Shown here: positions 20,276-32,449 of the stretch, piece after piece | Numbering within the stretch: the stretch's first letter is position 1 | Layout of the letters: every line of letters starts with the position of its first letter | From: Candidatus Latescibacterota bacterium | GTDB taxonomy: Bacteria > Latescibacterota > CBDEFO01 | Assembly (NCBI GenBank): GCA_965237525.1 | Contig: CBDEFO010000001.1 | Span: 59,570 to 123,569 of the forward strand | Direction: 5' to 3' | Length of the DNA: 64,000 nt | Notes under the pieces: generated by a model | Told to the model about the DNA's origin: nothing | Databases searched by the model: none | What the model saw: the letters and a program-made list of their open reading frames with translations, nothing else | Position numbers and translations under genes: made by a program

Positions 20276-21286
20276 ATGAATAAGTGCGATCTCTTCACAT
20301 CTACCGAGGAAGGCTACCATACGTACCGCATCCCCGCCTTAGCGATCACCCCTCGCGGCACGGTTCTGGCGTTCTGCGAGGCCCGCAGGAACAACGGCCA
20401 CGACGACGACGAGATAGACATCCTGCTGCGGCGCAGCTTCAATGGAGGCCAGACCTGGAAGCCTCGACAGATGGTTGTCTCCGCCGGGGACCGCACATGC
20501 CACAATCCTTGTCCTGTAGTAGATGATCACACGGGCACCATTTTCCTGCTCTTCTGCAAGGACTACCAGCAGGTCTTCCTGTCCCGGAGCGAAGACGAAG
20601 GCGAGACGTGGTCCGCACCGGTGGAGATTATCCCAGATGTGAAGGACGCCACGTGGACTTACGTGGGCACTGGGCCGGGCCACGGCATCCAGCTCACGAG
20701 CGGCCGGCTGCTTGTCCCGGCGTGGGCCGACGAGAGCCCCGGACCTCCTACTTGGCGAGAGCCGCCTGCCACTTGGGGACAGGTGCAGTCATCGGTCGCC
20801 TTCTTCAGCGACGACCACGGGGAGAGCTGGCAACGCGGTGCGAAGATGACCACCGACGCGTCCGACGAGTGCGAAGCCGTGGAGGTTGCGGACGGCACCG
20901 TCTACATGACCATGCGAAGTCGACAGGGGCGGAAGTGCCGCGCCTTCGCCTGGAGCCGAGATGGCGGAGAGAACTGGTCGGAGGTCGAATACGAACCCGA
21001 TCTTCCCGAGCCCTCCTGCCAGGGCAGCATCGTTCGTTTCGACGCCGAGCGCATCCTGCTCGTACATCCGAGCCACACCCACGAACGCACCTGTCTGACC
21101 GTGCGCCTGAGCCGCGATGAGTGTCGGACCTGGTCCGTGGCGAGGGTGCTTGAGCCGGGGTCGTCGGCCTATTCCGACCTCGCCATCCCCGCCGACGGGC
21201 ACATCTTCTGCTTCTATGAAGCTGACAACTACGGCCAACTCGTCCTCGCGCAGTTCAACATGGAGTGGCTCGAGGAGCAGGTGTGA
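20276..21286 (+). CDS. Exo-alpha-sialidase (GH33-like)
   Basis: YRIP motif, Asp-boxes SFNGGQTW/SEDEGETW/SDDHGESW/SRDGGENW, GPGHGIQL, SAYSDL; higher GC than its flanks. Confidence 0.9.
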   Translation: MNKCDLFTSTEEGYHTYRIPALAITPRGTVLAFCEARRNNGHDDDEIDILLRRSFNGGQTWKPRQMVVSAGDRTCHNPCPVVDDHTGTIFLLFCKDYQQVFLSRSEDEGETWSAPVEIIPDVKDATWTYVGTGPGHGIQLTSGRLLVPAWADESPGPPTWREPPATWGQVQSSVAFFSDDHGESWQRGAKMTTDASDECEAVEVADGTVYMTMRSRQGRKCRAFAWSRDGGENWSEVEYEPDLPEPSCQGSIVRFDAERILLVHPSHTHERTCLTVRLSRDECRTWSVARVLEPGSSAYSDLAIPADGHIFCFYEADNYGQLVLAQFNMEWLEEQV

Positions 21287-21636
21287 CACAGCGGATGGCA
21301 CCGTGAAAGTGTTAAGGCATGGGAAAGACAGATTAAGAGGCAGCGCGCTGAGGTGACCACCTCAAGCGGAACTATGGGTGGTGTCGAAGCGGGTCGTCCC
21401 AACAAGTCAATCCTGTCAGCTTACATAAAACACTACCTACTGTTGATGCCAAGACTTTCATCTCCGTTCCGTTATTCGGTAATCCTGTAATTTAGTAGCT
21501 TGCAAAACTTCGTCGGATATCTTAAGTCACAAGATAGGTGTGTTTACTTCGTGGTGAACCCCCTCGCATTAAGACTAGGTCGAAGCCAACCAGTTGAACG
21601 ACAGACATAAAGCGTATTGTAGACCCCGCAATAGAT

Positions 21637-22596
21637 TCATTCGAGGGACAGTGGCGGCGACCAAGAAGGCATTTGGTCCTCAGCCGGGTTGTCGGTCAGC
21701 CTTATGGGGTTTGTGCCATCAGCGTTTATCACGTAGATTTCCCCATTGCCATCGCGAGTTGACTGAAAGACGATCTTCGTCCCATCCGGAGACCAAAAGG
21801 GCAGCTCGTCCATCGCCCTGTTATCGGTCAGACGTGTCTGGTTTGTTCCGTCAGCGTCCATCACGTAGATTTCATAGTTGCCATCGCGGTGTGACCAAAA
21901 GAGGATCTTCTGCCCATCCGGAGACCAGGTAGGTCTAAAATCATCCGCCGTGTTGTCGGTCACTCTTATGAGGTCTGTTCCGTCAGTGTTCATCAGATAG
22001 ATTTCATAGTCGCCATCTAAATCTGACATGAAGATAATCTTCCTCCCATCCGGAGACCAAGAAGGAAAGCCGTCACGCGCCGGGCTGTCAGTCAGTCTTA
22101 TCGGGTCTGTTCCGTCAGCGTTCATCACATAGATCTCATAGTTGCCATCGCGGTGTGACCGAAATGCGATCTTCTGCCCATCCGGAGACCAAGAAGGCGC
22201 GGTGTCGTACTCGGCGTTGTCGGTGAGGCGTGTCTGGTTTGTCCCGTCAGCGTTCATCACGTAGATTTCCCCGTTGCCATCGCGGTATGAGACAAATGCG
22301 ATCTTTCTCCCGTCCGGAGACCAGGAGGGCAGGAAGTCCTTCACCGTGTTGAAGGTCAGTCTTATTGGGTCTGTTCCATCAGCGTTCATCACGTAAATTT
22401 CAGAGGTTCTAAATTCGGGGATTGTAGAAATGGTGTAATAATAGCTGCCTTGGGGATATGACACAAAAGCGATTTTCGACTTTGACAGACTGGACTGTGT
22501 TTGATCTGCGGCATTCTCCTGACCAGAGCCCGAGAGCACCGGAAACAACAGGAGATTCAACAGAGCTATGAGATGAAAGGTCCATCGTGTTCCCAT
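21637..22596 (-). CDS. TolB-like PD40-repeat beta-propeller protein (secreted)
   Basis: Six ~44-aa repeats PSWSPDGxKIAFxSxRDGNxEIYVMNADGT; signal peptide. Confidence 0.9.
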   Translation of the reverse strand: MGTRWTFHLIALLNLLLFPVLSGSGQENAADQTQSSLSKSKIAFVSYPQGSYYYTISTIPEFRTSEIYVMNADGTDPIRLTFNTVKDFLPSWSPDGRKIAFVSYRDGNGEIYVMNADGTNQTRLTDNAEYDTAPSWSPDGQKIAFRSHRDGNYEIYVMNADGTDPIRLTDSPARDGFPSWSPDGRKIIFMSDLDGDYEIYLMNTDGTDLIRVTDNTADDFRPTWSPDGQKILFWSHRDGNYEIYVMDADGTNQTRLTDNRAMDELPFWSPDGTKIVFQSTRDGNGEIYVINADGTNPIRLTDNPAEDQMPSWSPPLSLE

Positions 22597-23100
22597 AATG
22601 GTATCACTCCTTTTTGATAGCCTAATGGAGTTCAGCCCCCATGTTCGCCTTTATGATATTGCAGTGAGACATCAATATTGGGTAGTCCCTCCATATAGCA
22701 TTGATTATTCTGATGAGTAAGGACTCTCTCAACTCCAGACATCATCTGTTCCAAACATCATCTGTCAAAGCGGCCATCCTAGCAGATGTCCTACGCCGAT
22801 AACGTCCTCTGGATATGCAAAGCGACCCAAGTCAAGTTTGTGCGAAAGACGTAAGCTGCAAAGCCAAAGTTAAGCGCCTGCGGCGGTTTTGGGATAGCAA
22901 ACAGACAACACTGGCGGCTATAACCCTCTATTGCGTAGAGTTATCAGCTAATCTTCTGTGTCCTTCCGTATGATACTCCTGAGCTAGCTGACATAAACTT
23001 CTGAACATGACCCCTGAGCCATGCAAACGGTTGCCTGTACTCAAGAACGTATTCTTGGATCTTTACAACAATCTCGATTTCGCCCCATCATCCACTCCCC

Positions 23101-23987
23101 TTACTCCTCAAAGTCAGGAGGTACGGTCTTCCAGGAATTGAGCCAATTCCATTTCCACAGAACCTTCTTGGCTGGCATTTCCACTTCGTACTCAACACCC
23201 GAGCTGAAAGGCAGCACTGTAGTCCGGTCGCCGACCGTTTCCCGTACCCACTCGATAAAACCCGCCACGTCAGTCACGTTAGGAGGCCAATGCCCTTCGG
23301 GAATCGGCTCCGAGACCCTGTACGTCCGGTAATGTATCGGGATCATAAACCGCGGCTGTACGAAGTCCAGAAACTGCTGGAGTTTCTCCGACAGATCGGG
23401 GCCCTGCCATTCGGTCAGACCCATCTTCATGTGGATGAGAAAGTCCACCCTTCCCTGGATCTTCTGCAGCACCGGATACGGCAAGTGCAGGTCTCCGGTG
23501 TGCAGGAACGAGACTCCTTCTCCTTATGGGCAACCAGGTACCCACAGGTAGGAAGCTGAGGACTCTGGTTCTCGTCGCTTTCAATGGTCTCCACGCGGAA
23601 ATTCCCCAGATCCGCCTCGACAGGGCCTGGGAAAGTCCGTTCGTCGCCCTTGCTGTTGTTGAGGTACTTGTGATAAATGACCTGGAGCTTCTCCTCGGCT
23701 ATGTGTTTAGTGATAGGCAGATCCCGATCGAAGGACGCTGGCCCGGCCGGCTTGAGGCACCCGGGAATTATAAAAAGCTTCTTGAACCGATCCCCGCGGC
23801 AGGGCTGGCGCAGGCTCTTGGGCTGACAATGGTCGAAGTGCTCGTGGCTGATGAAGATGTAATCGTATATCGGCTCCGCCTTCTCCAGCTTCTCACCAAA
23901 GAGAAAGGGATCGAAAGCAAAGTTGACATCACCCAGCCGCACCTCAAAGGCCCCACACCCCGACCATCGCAGAAAAATGTTTTCCAT
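23101..23987 (-). pseudogene. MBL-fold metallo-hydrolase, frameshifted near 23517
   Basis: FDPF and ISHEHFDH in 23427..23987; continues in another frame as FLHTGDLH...MIPIHYRT to 23101. Confidence 0.8.
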
Positions 23988-24534
23988 CTTGTACCTCCAG
24001 GCTTAACGCATCAGCAAAACAATCGGTTATCTGTTGATTTGAAAGGATTGACCATACTGATGTGGAGGTGCAAGGGAGTGACATGCCTCTGCAGCCTTCT
24101 GCTTTTTAATATGCCCCAAACTGGAATTGCGCTTAACAGCAAAATATGCACATGGGTAACTTTGCGATCCAATGGCTTGTCACTGCGGATCAATTCTAAT
24201 AAACTGACAGGTTCTTCATACGTTAGAACGACATGGCCAAATTCTTATCATCACGACCCTCTTGGTAAGTGTTGTGATGGAATCTACCAACGAATGATTC
24301 AACAATAACGTTAAAGTATATAAGAAGGGATTATGTGTCAAGAACTAATCTCTGGACACAGGGCTACTTAATTATCGCGAAAGTGTCGGTTGAGTAGGAG
24401 CGAAAGGATGTTCCAAGACCAGGCGAGAGACCTGATCAACCCTGTTTGTTGATCTCAATACACCGTCGGCCCCAGTTCGACAAGCTCAAGTCTTGTGTTT
24501 AATCAACACCTCGACACTGAGACCGAATAGTCCT

Positions 24535-25067
24535 TCATAAGACCCTGATGCCATTACCCCTCATTCCTGTGAAGAAATCTATAATGAGCCAAGTCCCTGT
24601 CACCACCATCGTCCCCAAGATAAGACCTAAAAAGAAAGGTCGCGTTTTTGTGAATACTGCAGCGCCGCCGTATTTGATCATCACTTCCTTGATGAACCAC
24701 GCTAAAAAGACGCTAAGACATTTCTGATTTACATAGAAAATGGCGCTGATTACGTAACCGATGGGATGAATAGACCACCATATAAAGCGCTAGCGGATAA
24801 AGGTCAAGAGACCCATAACAAATGCTCCTATGCCCGTGGATATCCATCCTCCGATATTGGGAGTAAGGGCACCTTCCACCCTTGTAGTTATGTAATCGAA
24901 GGGTGCTTGCGGAGCCCCGATGAACCACAAGTCGTATAGGTTTATTCCGCCTTCTTCGTATGCAAGCTTCAGCACCATCCACATCGATCCTGCCAAACTC
25001 ACAACGATGGATAACATCATCGCCCAGAAGAGCGGCCTTCTCTTACCCGCAACCACATTGACCAACT
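24535..25067 (-). pseudogene. C-terminal remnant of a DUF6784/DUF6785-like membrane protein, cut by IS3, with in-frame TAG at 24790
   Basis: ...LAYEEGGINL...TFIR*RFIWWSIHPIGY...LAWFIKEVMIKYGG...RPFFLGLILG. Confidence 0.7.
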
Positions 25068-26352
25068 TGTACTGCCCCCCAGAAAAGCGACATCAATTAA
25101 GCAACTTGGGGTAGCAGATAAAATTGTTTTCTCCACTCTTCCGGGGTCTTGTATCCCAGAGATGAATGAAGCCTGGTCTTGTTGTAATTATCGATCCACT
25201 GAGATATGATCTTCTCAGCCTGTTCAAAGGATTCAAACTTGTGAAGCCAAACACACTCTTGCTTGAGGGTCCTGAAAAAACGCTCTACAACACCGTTCCA
25301 ATCGGGCTTACCACTTGGTATGTATTCCTGACGAATTCCCCAATATTCGGTACTCGCCAAATAGGCCCGAGCCAAAAAGATGGAACCATTGTCAGAGCGC
25401 AAAGTGAGACCCTGGGGGACAACCTCCTTGGAAGTGTATCGAGAGATCACGGCCCGATCCAGGGCATCTGTGGCCTCCAGTGCCCTCCCTTTTCGACTAA
25501 AACGATACCCAGGAACCTCCCGACTCCCGTTGTCCACCACCGCAATAAGAGGACACCAACCGTCTTCCCCACAATAGATCTTGGGTCAAGTCAGCCGACC
25601 AGAGACTGTCAGGACGATCCATCACAGAACGCTTCTGGGCAACCTGTGGCCCCTTTCTCCCGGGGTCCCCGATTGATTCTATCGGGGATTCCACAGCTTA
25701 CACTGCCACCCCTTAAGCTTCATTATCCTATGAACCTTCTTGATGTTGACACATGCCCCTTCCTTGAAACGAAGATGCGCCCAAACCCCCCTGTGACCAA
25801 ATGCCTCTTCTTGGTCGAGTATCCCTCGAACACGAAAAGCAAGCTGTTCATCTATCACAGACTCTTCGACAGAAGAACTGACACCTCTATCCCTAAGCCT
25901 ATACAGAGTCGAACGATGCAAACCCAAAGCCAAAGCTACCACCTTACGGGAATAGCCTCGACCAAAAACCGCCCACTCAAGGCAACCGCTTCGTTTTTTT
26001 TAGACGGGCTACCTCCTCGAGTATCTCCAACTGGAGGGTTAACTGCCCTACCTTACGCTCCAACCGGCTGACCTCCCGCTCCTTCGGATCCTTGCGACCA
26101 CGCCGAGACTTCAGACTCTCCTGGCCTCCTTCTAAGAAACTATCACGCCAGGCATACGCCTGTGACTGGCTAATTCCATTCTTCCGACACACCTCTGATA
26201 CATCCGCTCTTTTCAAAACAGCCAACACCACCTCTACCTTACGGGTCGCCGTCCAGCGCTTACCATCTTTCACTTCGGGGCTTGACAATTTGACCTCCCT
26301 TCTCAAACCCCAATTTGCGAAATATTTGTCGCTCTGTCAAGGGGAACGGTAT
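25068..26352 (-). mobile_element. IS3-family element; orfA 25977..26306, orfB broken by frameshifts
   Basis: HTH orfA ending in an A8 slippery run. orfB pieces carry WSADLT, LRSDNGS, NGVVERFFRTLKQE, YNKTRLHSSLGYKTP. Imperfect TG...CA ends; boundaries approximate. Confidence 0.85.
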
Positions 26353-26476
26353 GACATATTCATTTGTAGTAGTTGTAGAATAGCGGACAACTAACCCGAA
26401 TTATTCACAAAAAAAGGTCATGTATTAATTAAGGGATTGTATTATATCATAGTTATGCCGTTTAACCACCTTCGGT

Positions 26477-26597
26477 GTCATTGCGAGCCGAAGGCAAAGC
26501 AATCTCGATTCTGTGGTAGATGTGATACTCTCCGGCTCTCATAGGAGACCACTATAAAACCTTGAGATTGCTTCGTCGCTTTGTTCCTCGCAATGAC
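26477..26597. repeat. GTCATTGCGAG-type REP-like palindromic element
   Basis: GTCATTGCGAG...AAGCAATCTC / GAGATTGCTT...CTCGCAATGAC inverted pair. Confidence 0.75.
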
Positions 26598-26665
26598 TCC
26601 ACCAAGTTTATGAATTAATCGGGCTAATAAAGAGTAGTAAAATATAAATATATGATCACAACAAT

Positions 26666-26694
26666 TTGACATAGAGTTAGAATTTTCATATATT
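26666..26694 (+). promoter_or_regulatory. sigma70-type promoter upstream of the giant surface-protein gene
   Basis: TTGACA-17 bp-TATATT. Confidence 0.55.
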
Positions 26695-26997
26695 GCTGGG
26701 CAATAGCTTTTACTGTGTTTCCCTATCCTGATCAGAGCAAAAAGCAGATTGGTGGTACGTCAATGGATCGGCTTTGATAGGTAGAAAGTCCATGCGCGTG
26801 TTGAAAAGACTAATTAACAGCTCGTGTTATTTCACCAAGACGCTTATTGCATCGAAAGGGCTTATTGGATAGTTGCTAAATCGTTGCCGATATAAGATAT
26901 GTAACCACTAATGCGTTTGGACTATGCTCTTGAGAGTTGACGATTTTAGTCATAAGAACATTGTGGAGATGTACGCCATGAGAAAGGGTCACTTTAA

Positions 26998-28516
26998 AAG
27001 CCTTGTGAAAAACCCTTAGATTCAGAAAGTAGTATAGAACAAGCATTGATAAAGCAGCTCCGATGTATTATATTATGTTATTGATAATATTATACATGGA
27101 GGAAACAATGACCCCACAAGAGCAGGAACAGACAAATCCGATGTTTCACTATTTTCAGATGGAGGATTTAGTTCCCGAGGATCATATCCTTCGTCAGATT
27201 GATGAGGCAGTTGATTTTTCATTTGTACGAGACGTTGTATCAGATTGTTATTGCCCTGACAATGGCAGACCCGGTATTGATCCTGAATTAGTTGTTCGAA
27301 TGATCCTTATTGGCTATCTGTATAATTTGAGTGAGAATCGGCTCTGTCAGGAAGTGGGGATGCATGCGGCATATCGGTTGTTTTGTCATCAGACATTTGA
27401 TGATGCGGTTCCGGATAGGAGCACGATCAACAAGCTTCGCAATCACAAGTGGGCATCCAGTGGGTTGTTTGAACGGATAATGCGTCAGGTAGTCCAGTGT
27501 TGCATAGATGTCGGTCTTGTGAGCGGTAAACACCTTAGTGTCGACGGCACTCAGATACAAGCTGATGCTTCAGTGAAAAGTATTGAGCCGATAGAACCCC
27601 CTGTTTCTCTTGATGATTATCTCAAGGGAATCGGTTTTGAAGGTGATAAGACAAAGGGTAGGTCCGGGCATCCTCAGGATAAAGACTTTCATGGTGAAAA
27701 GTGGACGAACCAAACACACCGTTCGACTACAGACCCCGACGCGCGCTTATACAGCAAATCGAAGGGCAAAGGGGCTTTTCTCTCGTTTATGGGCCATGAT
27801 CTGATCGACACAAAAAGCAGAGTAATCCTTGAGACTCAGGGCACGCAGGCGACAGGGACAGCAGAGCCCGAAAGTGCCCTTAAGATGGTAGATGACCTTG
27901 AAACATACACCATGCCCAAAGACATTCAGACACTTAGTGCCGATACCGGTTACGGTTCTGGTAATTTTATCGCTGATGTACTTGACCGGGGAATCATACC
28001 CCATATTCCTCTGCGAGCCGATGAGAAGATTGAACCGATTCCTACATGGAAAAACAAGACAAATCCAGCACATATTCAGGCCGAACGGGATAGAAAAGTG
28101 CGAGAGGCGAAAGCCAGAAATCATGCACGGTCTATCTCATTAACAGCTGACTACAAACTCTCCCGGAGACTCCGTAAACGCAGTGAACATATCTTTGCTG
28201 AAGCCAGGCAACAACACGGTATGGGACGAGCCCGTTACAGAGGACCAGCCTCACTGAATGAACAGTTGAATCTTGTTGCAACAGTACAGAATCTCAAGAG
28301 GCTTGTATCTTTCATAAGAAGGGGGAAAGCGTCTATGTGTGCCCTGCCTGTCAAAGACAGTGCATCCTGTTCTTCAAACAGCTCCTGTTCCTTGCTGACC
28401 AGAACTCTGATAAGACTATTTTGCTTATTCCACAGCAAAACGATACGATATGCTACTCTTTGACCCATAATCGGCGCTTCAGACGCTGCCTGGGACATAA
28501 CTATTTCACAAGGCTT
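26998..28516 (+). mobile_element. IS1182-family element copy A (1519 bp; transposase 27063..28463)
   Basis: TIR AAGCCTTGTGAAA/TTTCACAAGGCTT; TSD TTAA; motifs LVPEDHILR, GRPGIDP, VDGTQIQADAS, STTDPDA, ADTGY. Confidence 0.93.
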
Positions 28517-30392
28517 TTAAAGAGATTCTGATTAGCCTCTTGGTAGTTGTCTCTAGTCTATTCGGGATGACTACTTATGCGGATGCTGCCATAACCAGTC
28601 AATCCGTTGTGGACGATGTAAATACCGCTCCGACTCGTGAAGGCGCTGATGTGACGTACGGTGTTGCGACTCTCGGTGTAGCGGCCAATACGGGGCCGGT
28701 TTCTGTCCTTAGGGTCGTCCTTCACTCTGACTCAACAGCCGAGCAGGTTGACACTATCAGAGTGAACATCAATAGGGTAGACGTGGTTGCTGGAAATATC
28801 CCCAGCGTATATGTGGATGGCCTTAATGTGGATGCTACCCTTAGCGGCGTTGCCATATACGTGGACGACGGCGACAATGTCTTTGAGAGGGCGGTCGATG
28901 ACAGTGTAACCGCTACTAGTATCGCTTTTACCGATACTGTGGGCGGTGTCGCTGCTGACAGCATTTATACAGTCACCATAGACTTTCCTTCTGTTGGCGA
29001 CCTGGTCATAAATCCCAACGCCTTGACGCTCTTTATCGTCGTGAGAGGTGGAGCTGGGTTAGTTGACGGCGATCAGTTTGCGGTCAGCACGAACCTCTCA
29101 AACTGGGTATTCAGCAAGGGTTCGGCAGGAACTGCTACTAATACGTCTGGTACCACAACCGGCGATGTAACAGCCCCTACTATAGCTGCGGGCAACGCGG
29201 TGACTCTGGACGATGACGCCGATGGACTTTTGGACGGCGCACAGATAACCTGGAGTGAGAGCATCGCCGATGTGACCTTTGCCAACTTTGCCAGTGCCAC
29301 GGCTACTTTTGACATAACAGCGGGTACTACACTTATAGATGCTGGATTAGCCGCTGATGCCGATGGGGACACGGGGGATTTCACGACTGCGAATAGATTG
29401 CCCAAAATAGATCCGAACGGTCCTCCTCGCACTTCGGATACCATAAACAACATCATCACCTTCATCATCTTTGGGGAAGACACGACACCTGCGACGAAGA
29501 CCCTCGATGAGCTTAATACGGAGGCGACTCCCAATTTAGATATGGCTGGGCTTACTGTAACCGACCTTGCAGGCAACCCCATCGACGCTGTTGTCGCACT
29601 TGCTTCGATTGACAAAGCCCCTCCTGTCATCTTCCAGAGCCTCTATCTGGACGCCGACGGTAATGGCAAGATAGATGAGGTGCAGGTCCAATTTTCCGAG
29701 AACATTGATCGTGCTGCTTTTGCCAACAACAACGGCTGGACTGTCGCTGGGTTTAATTTCAAAGACTTTACCACTGACCCACCTGTCCTCATAAGTGCGG
29801 CTTCTTCTGCAGATCCTCCGACTACAGCAACTGGAGATACTACAGATGCCGTCAGGCTCCTGCTTAAAGAGAAGACTGACTTCAGCACCGGTATAGATCT
29901 CGCAGTAGACCAGGTGACTTACAGCGCGGCTTTTGGCGATGTAGCAGATCTATCGACTTCGCCTAACGAGCTTGATAACATGTTTGTGGGAACCGCTCCG
30001 GAGGTGGACAGAGCCAGTCCGATTTTGATCGATGCGAAAACTGGAGACATTATCACTACCCCGCCCGGAGGTCAGATTGATCGATACGTGATTAGATTCA
30101 CCGAACCTGTGGAAGCGCGAGGTGGAGAAGCCGACTTTATCCTTTTGGACGACTTTGCGGTTGCCTCTCTGAACGACAACCTAACCAGCACGCTTACTCT
30201 TGTAATAAGGGAGACAGGCTTTATCGATACGGGAATCAGACCCGGGCTCGGCGTAAATATAGACATAGTAACTAGTTCGAATGCAGGTATTGTAGACTTC
30301 GCCAAGGATAGGTTAGGAGCGAATGCCTCGAACGGTCTGGTTGCTCCTTCAGCAACTACAGTAACCTCTGGCGCAGTTACCTTCAATCTAGT

Positions 30393-31694
30393 GGTTGAAT
30401 ATCAAATGAAATCGGTGCACCTAATTTGATCTTTGTTTAGAGTATTAGTAGATTAAGTTGAGTTGATTGTCTTAACTTTAATCTACGGAGTCCTATGGAC
30501 AAAGAGAGATTGGCCGTATTAAGACAAGAAGTCAACGAGATGTATTTTAAGAAAGAAATGTCAAAGCGAGAAGTTATCAAACAAGCGAGAGTTTCCAATG
30601 ATTTCGTTACGGCTTGGACTAAATCTCCGGATCAGGATTTTGCCATAGATAATCGGGGTTGGCCAAAAGGAAAAAGGCGAAAATTGGCTAAAGTTGACGA
30701 ACAGAGAATCAAAGAGATTTACCATAGCTTAGAGGACGATCCTTATCAGTTCTATTCAGGAGCCACTGTTATTGAACAAGAATGGAGGAATCGATATTCT
30801 AGCACCCCTCCTCCGTCGTTGCCGACTATCGGCAGAATGCTTTCAGATTTAGGACTTTCCCAGAGAAGGAAGAAAGGTAAAAACAAGGGTGCATCTCGTT
30901 ATCTTTGTTATCCAGAGTATACCATTTACTATCTTTCAGGAGGCAGAGTCCTAGAATCAGACTTTATTGGTAAAAAGTATCTTACCGGCAGAACTGAGCC
31001 GGTCAACTTCGTTGGATTTTCCTTTAAGAAAGAGCCTAAGTTAAGGTATTTTCGGCGGGTTGACGGTCAAACAGCAACTAACTTTATCGAGAAGTGTCAG
31101 TCTTTCTTTGACAGGTTTGAAAAACCAGATTTCGTTAAGGTGGACAATTGCTCGGCGACTATTGGCAGTGTTTCAGGTAAAAGGAATGTCAGCAAAGCAA
31201 TGCAGTTTCTCTTGAAAAATCAAGTGATTCCGATATTTGCCGTTCCCAGAAGGCCCTTTTCTCAAGCATCTATAGAAGGCAACAATTCTGTATTTTCAAG
31301 GAAGTTCTGGAACAGAATTCAGTTCAAAAGCTTACAAGAAGTTGATCAGAAGTTAGAATGGTTTAATCTTTCATCACAGAGATACACCGGCTACCGTCCA
31401 CCTAAGCAAGAGAAGTCAAACGAGAAAGATTTCATTCCCAAGACCTATTTTATCAGACAAGTCAAACAGGACACAGAACAGACAGATAAAGCCTTTATCG
31501 ATGTCCTAAATGAGAAAGTATCTCTTCCCTCCTCTTACACCAACTACTTTGTCCTGGCTGAATGGAACCTAAAAGAAGAACAATTATACATCCATTTTGA
31601 AAAAGAACAGAAACCAAAGATTGTCGAAAACCTATCATTCAAGATCAATCAAAGATCGAAAGAGAAGTGCACCGATTTCATTTGATAAATAACC
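30393..31694 (+). mobile_element. IS481-like element copy 2 (transposase 30495..31685)
   Basis: Same TIRs as copy 1; perfect 6-bp TSD TCTAGT. Confidence 0.93.
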
Positions 31695-32449
31695 TCTAGT
31701 GCCTGACGCAAAGCGACTCGACGGCGCCCCGCCCTTGATACAGAGGAGGGCTACAGGAGCTGTCGGCGGTGATGCTGTTGTTACGGGAGACAGCGACAGT
31801 GATGGCAGAATCGATCAGGTTGTCGTGGAGTTTACCGAGATCATGCCAAGCGGTACTGACGTTTATATCGGTGGAGTCACTATCGAAGGCTTCACTATTT
31901 CCGCAGCGTCGAGGACACCGGCTGTGACCGACGAGGTGGTCTATACACTGGCGGTAGCTACAGGCGATCCACCTAACACCGAAGCTGTGCCTGACTTTTT
32001 GTATAACTCAGCGACAGGGGCCATCTTAGATCCTGCCGGGCTGGAGTTGGTGGATATCGGAAGTGCTGATGTTACGGAGGTGGATGGAGCAGGACCCGTT
32101 CTCGTCTCTGCGGAAGGCAGGGTCGAAAGCAGAGAATTGTTTGTGAGATTTTCCGAACCCGTTCTCGGCACTGGCACTGGAAGTGACCTAATTGCGGCTG
32201 ACTTCTTCTATCAGAACAATTTCAACGCCTCAGTCAATGCTACAGGCATCGATTCTGTGGACAGCGAAGGAGCAGCTACCAATGGAGCCGATGAGTCTGT
32301 TATAATCTACGTAAATGAGAATTTTCATATCCAGGACATAGGAAGCGATGCTATTTCGTTCGCTCCATCGGTTGCAGGCTCAAATCTGAGCCTTGTCACT
32401 GATAATGTGTTCAATCGAGCGGCTGTCATCCTCGTCATGATCTCTCCTC

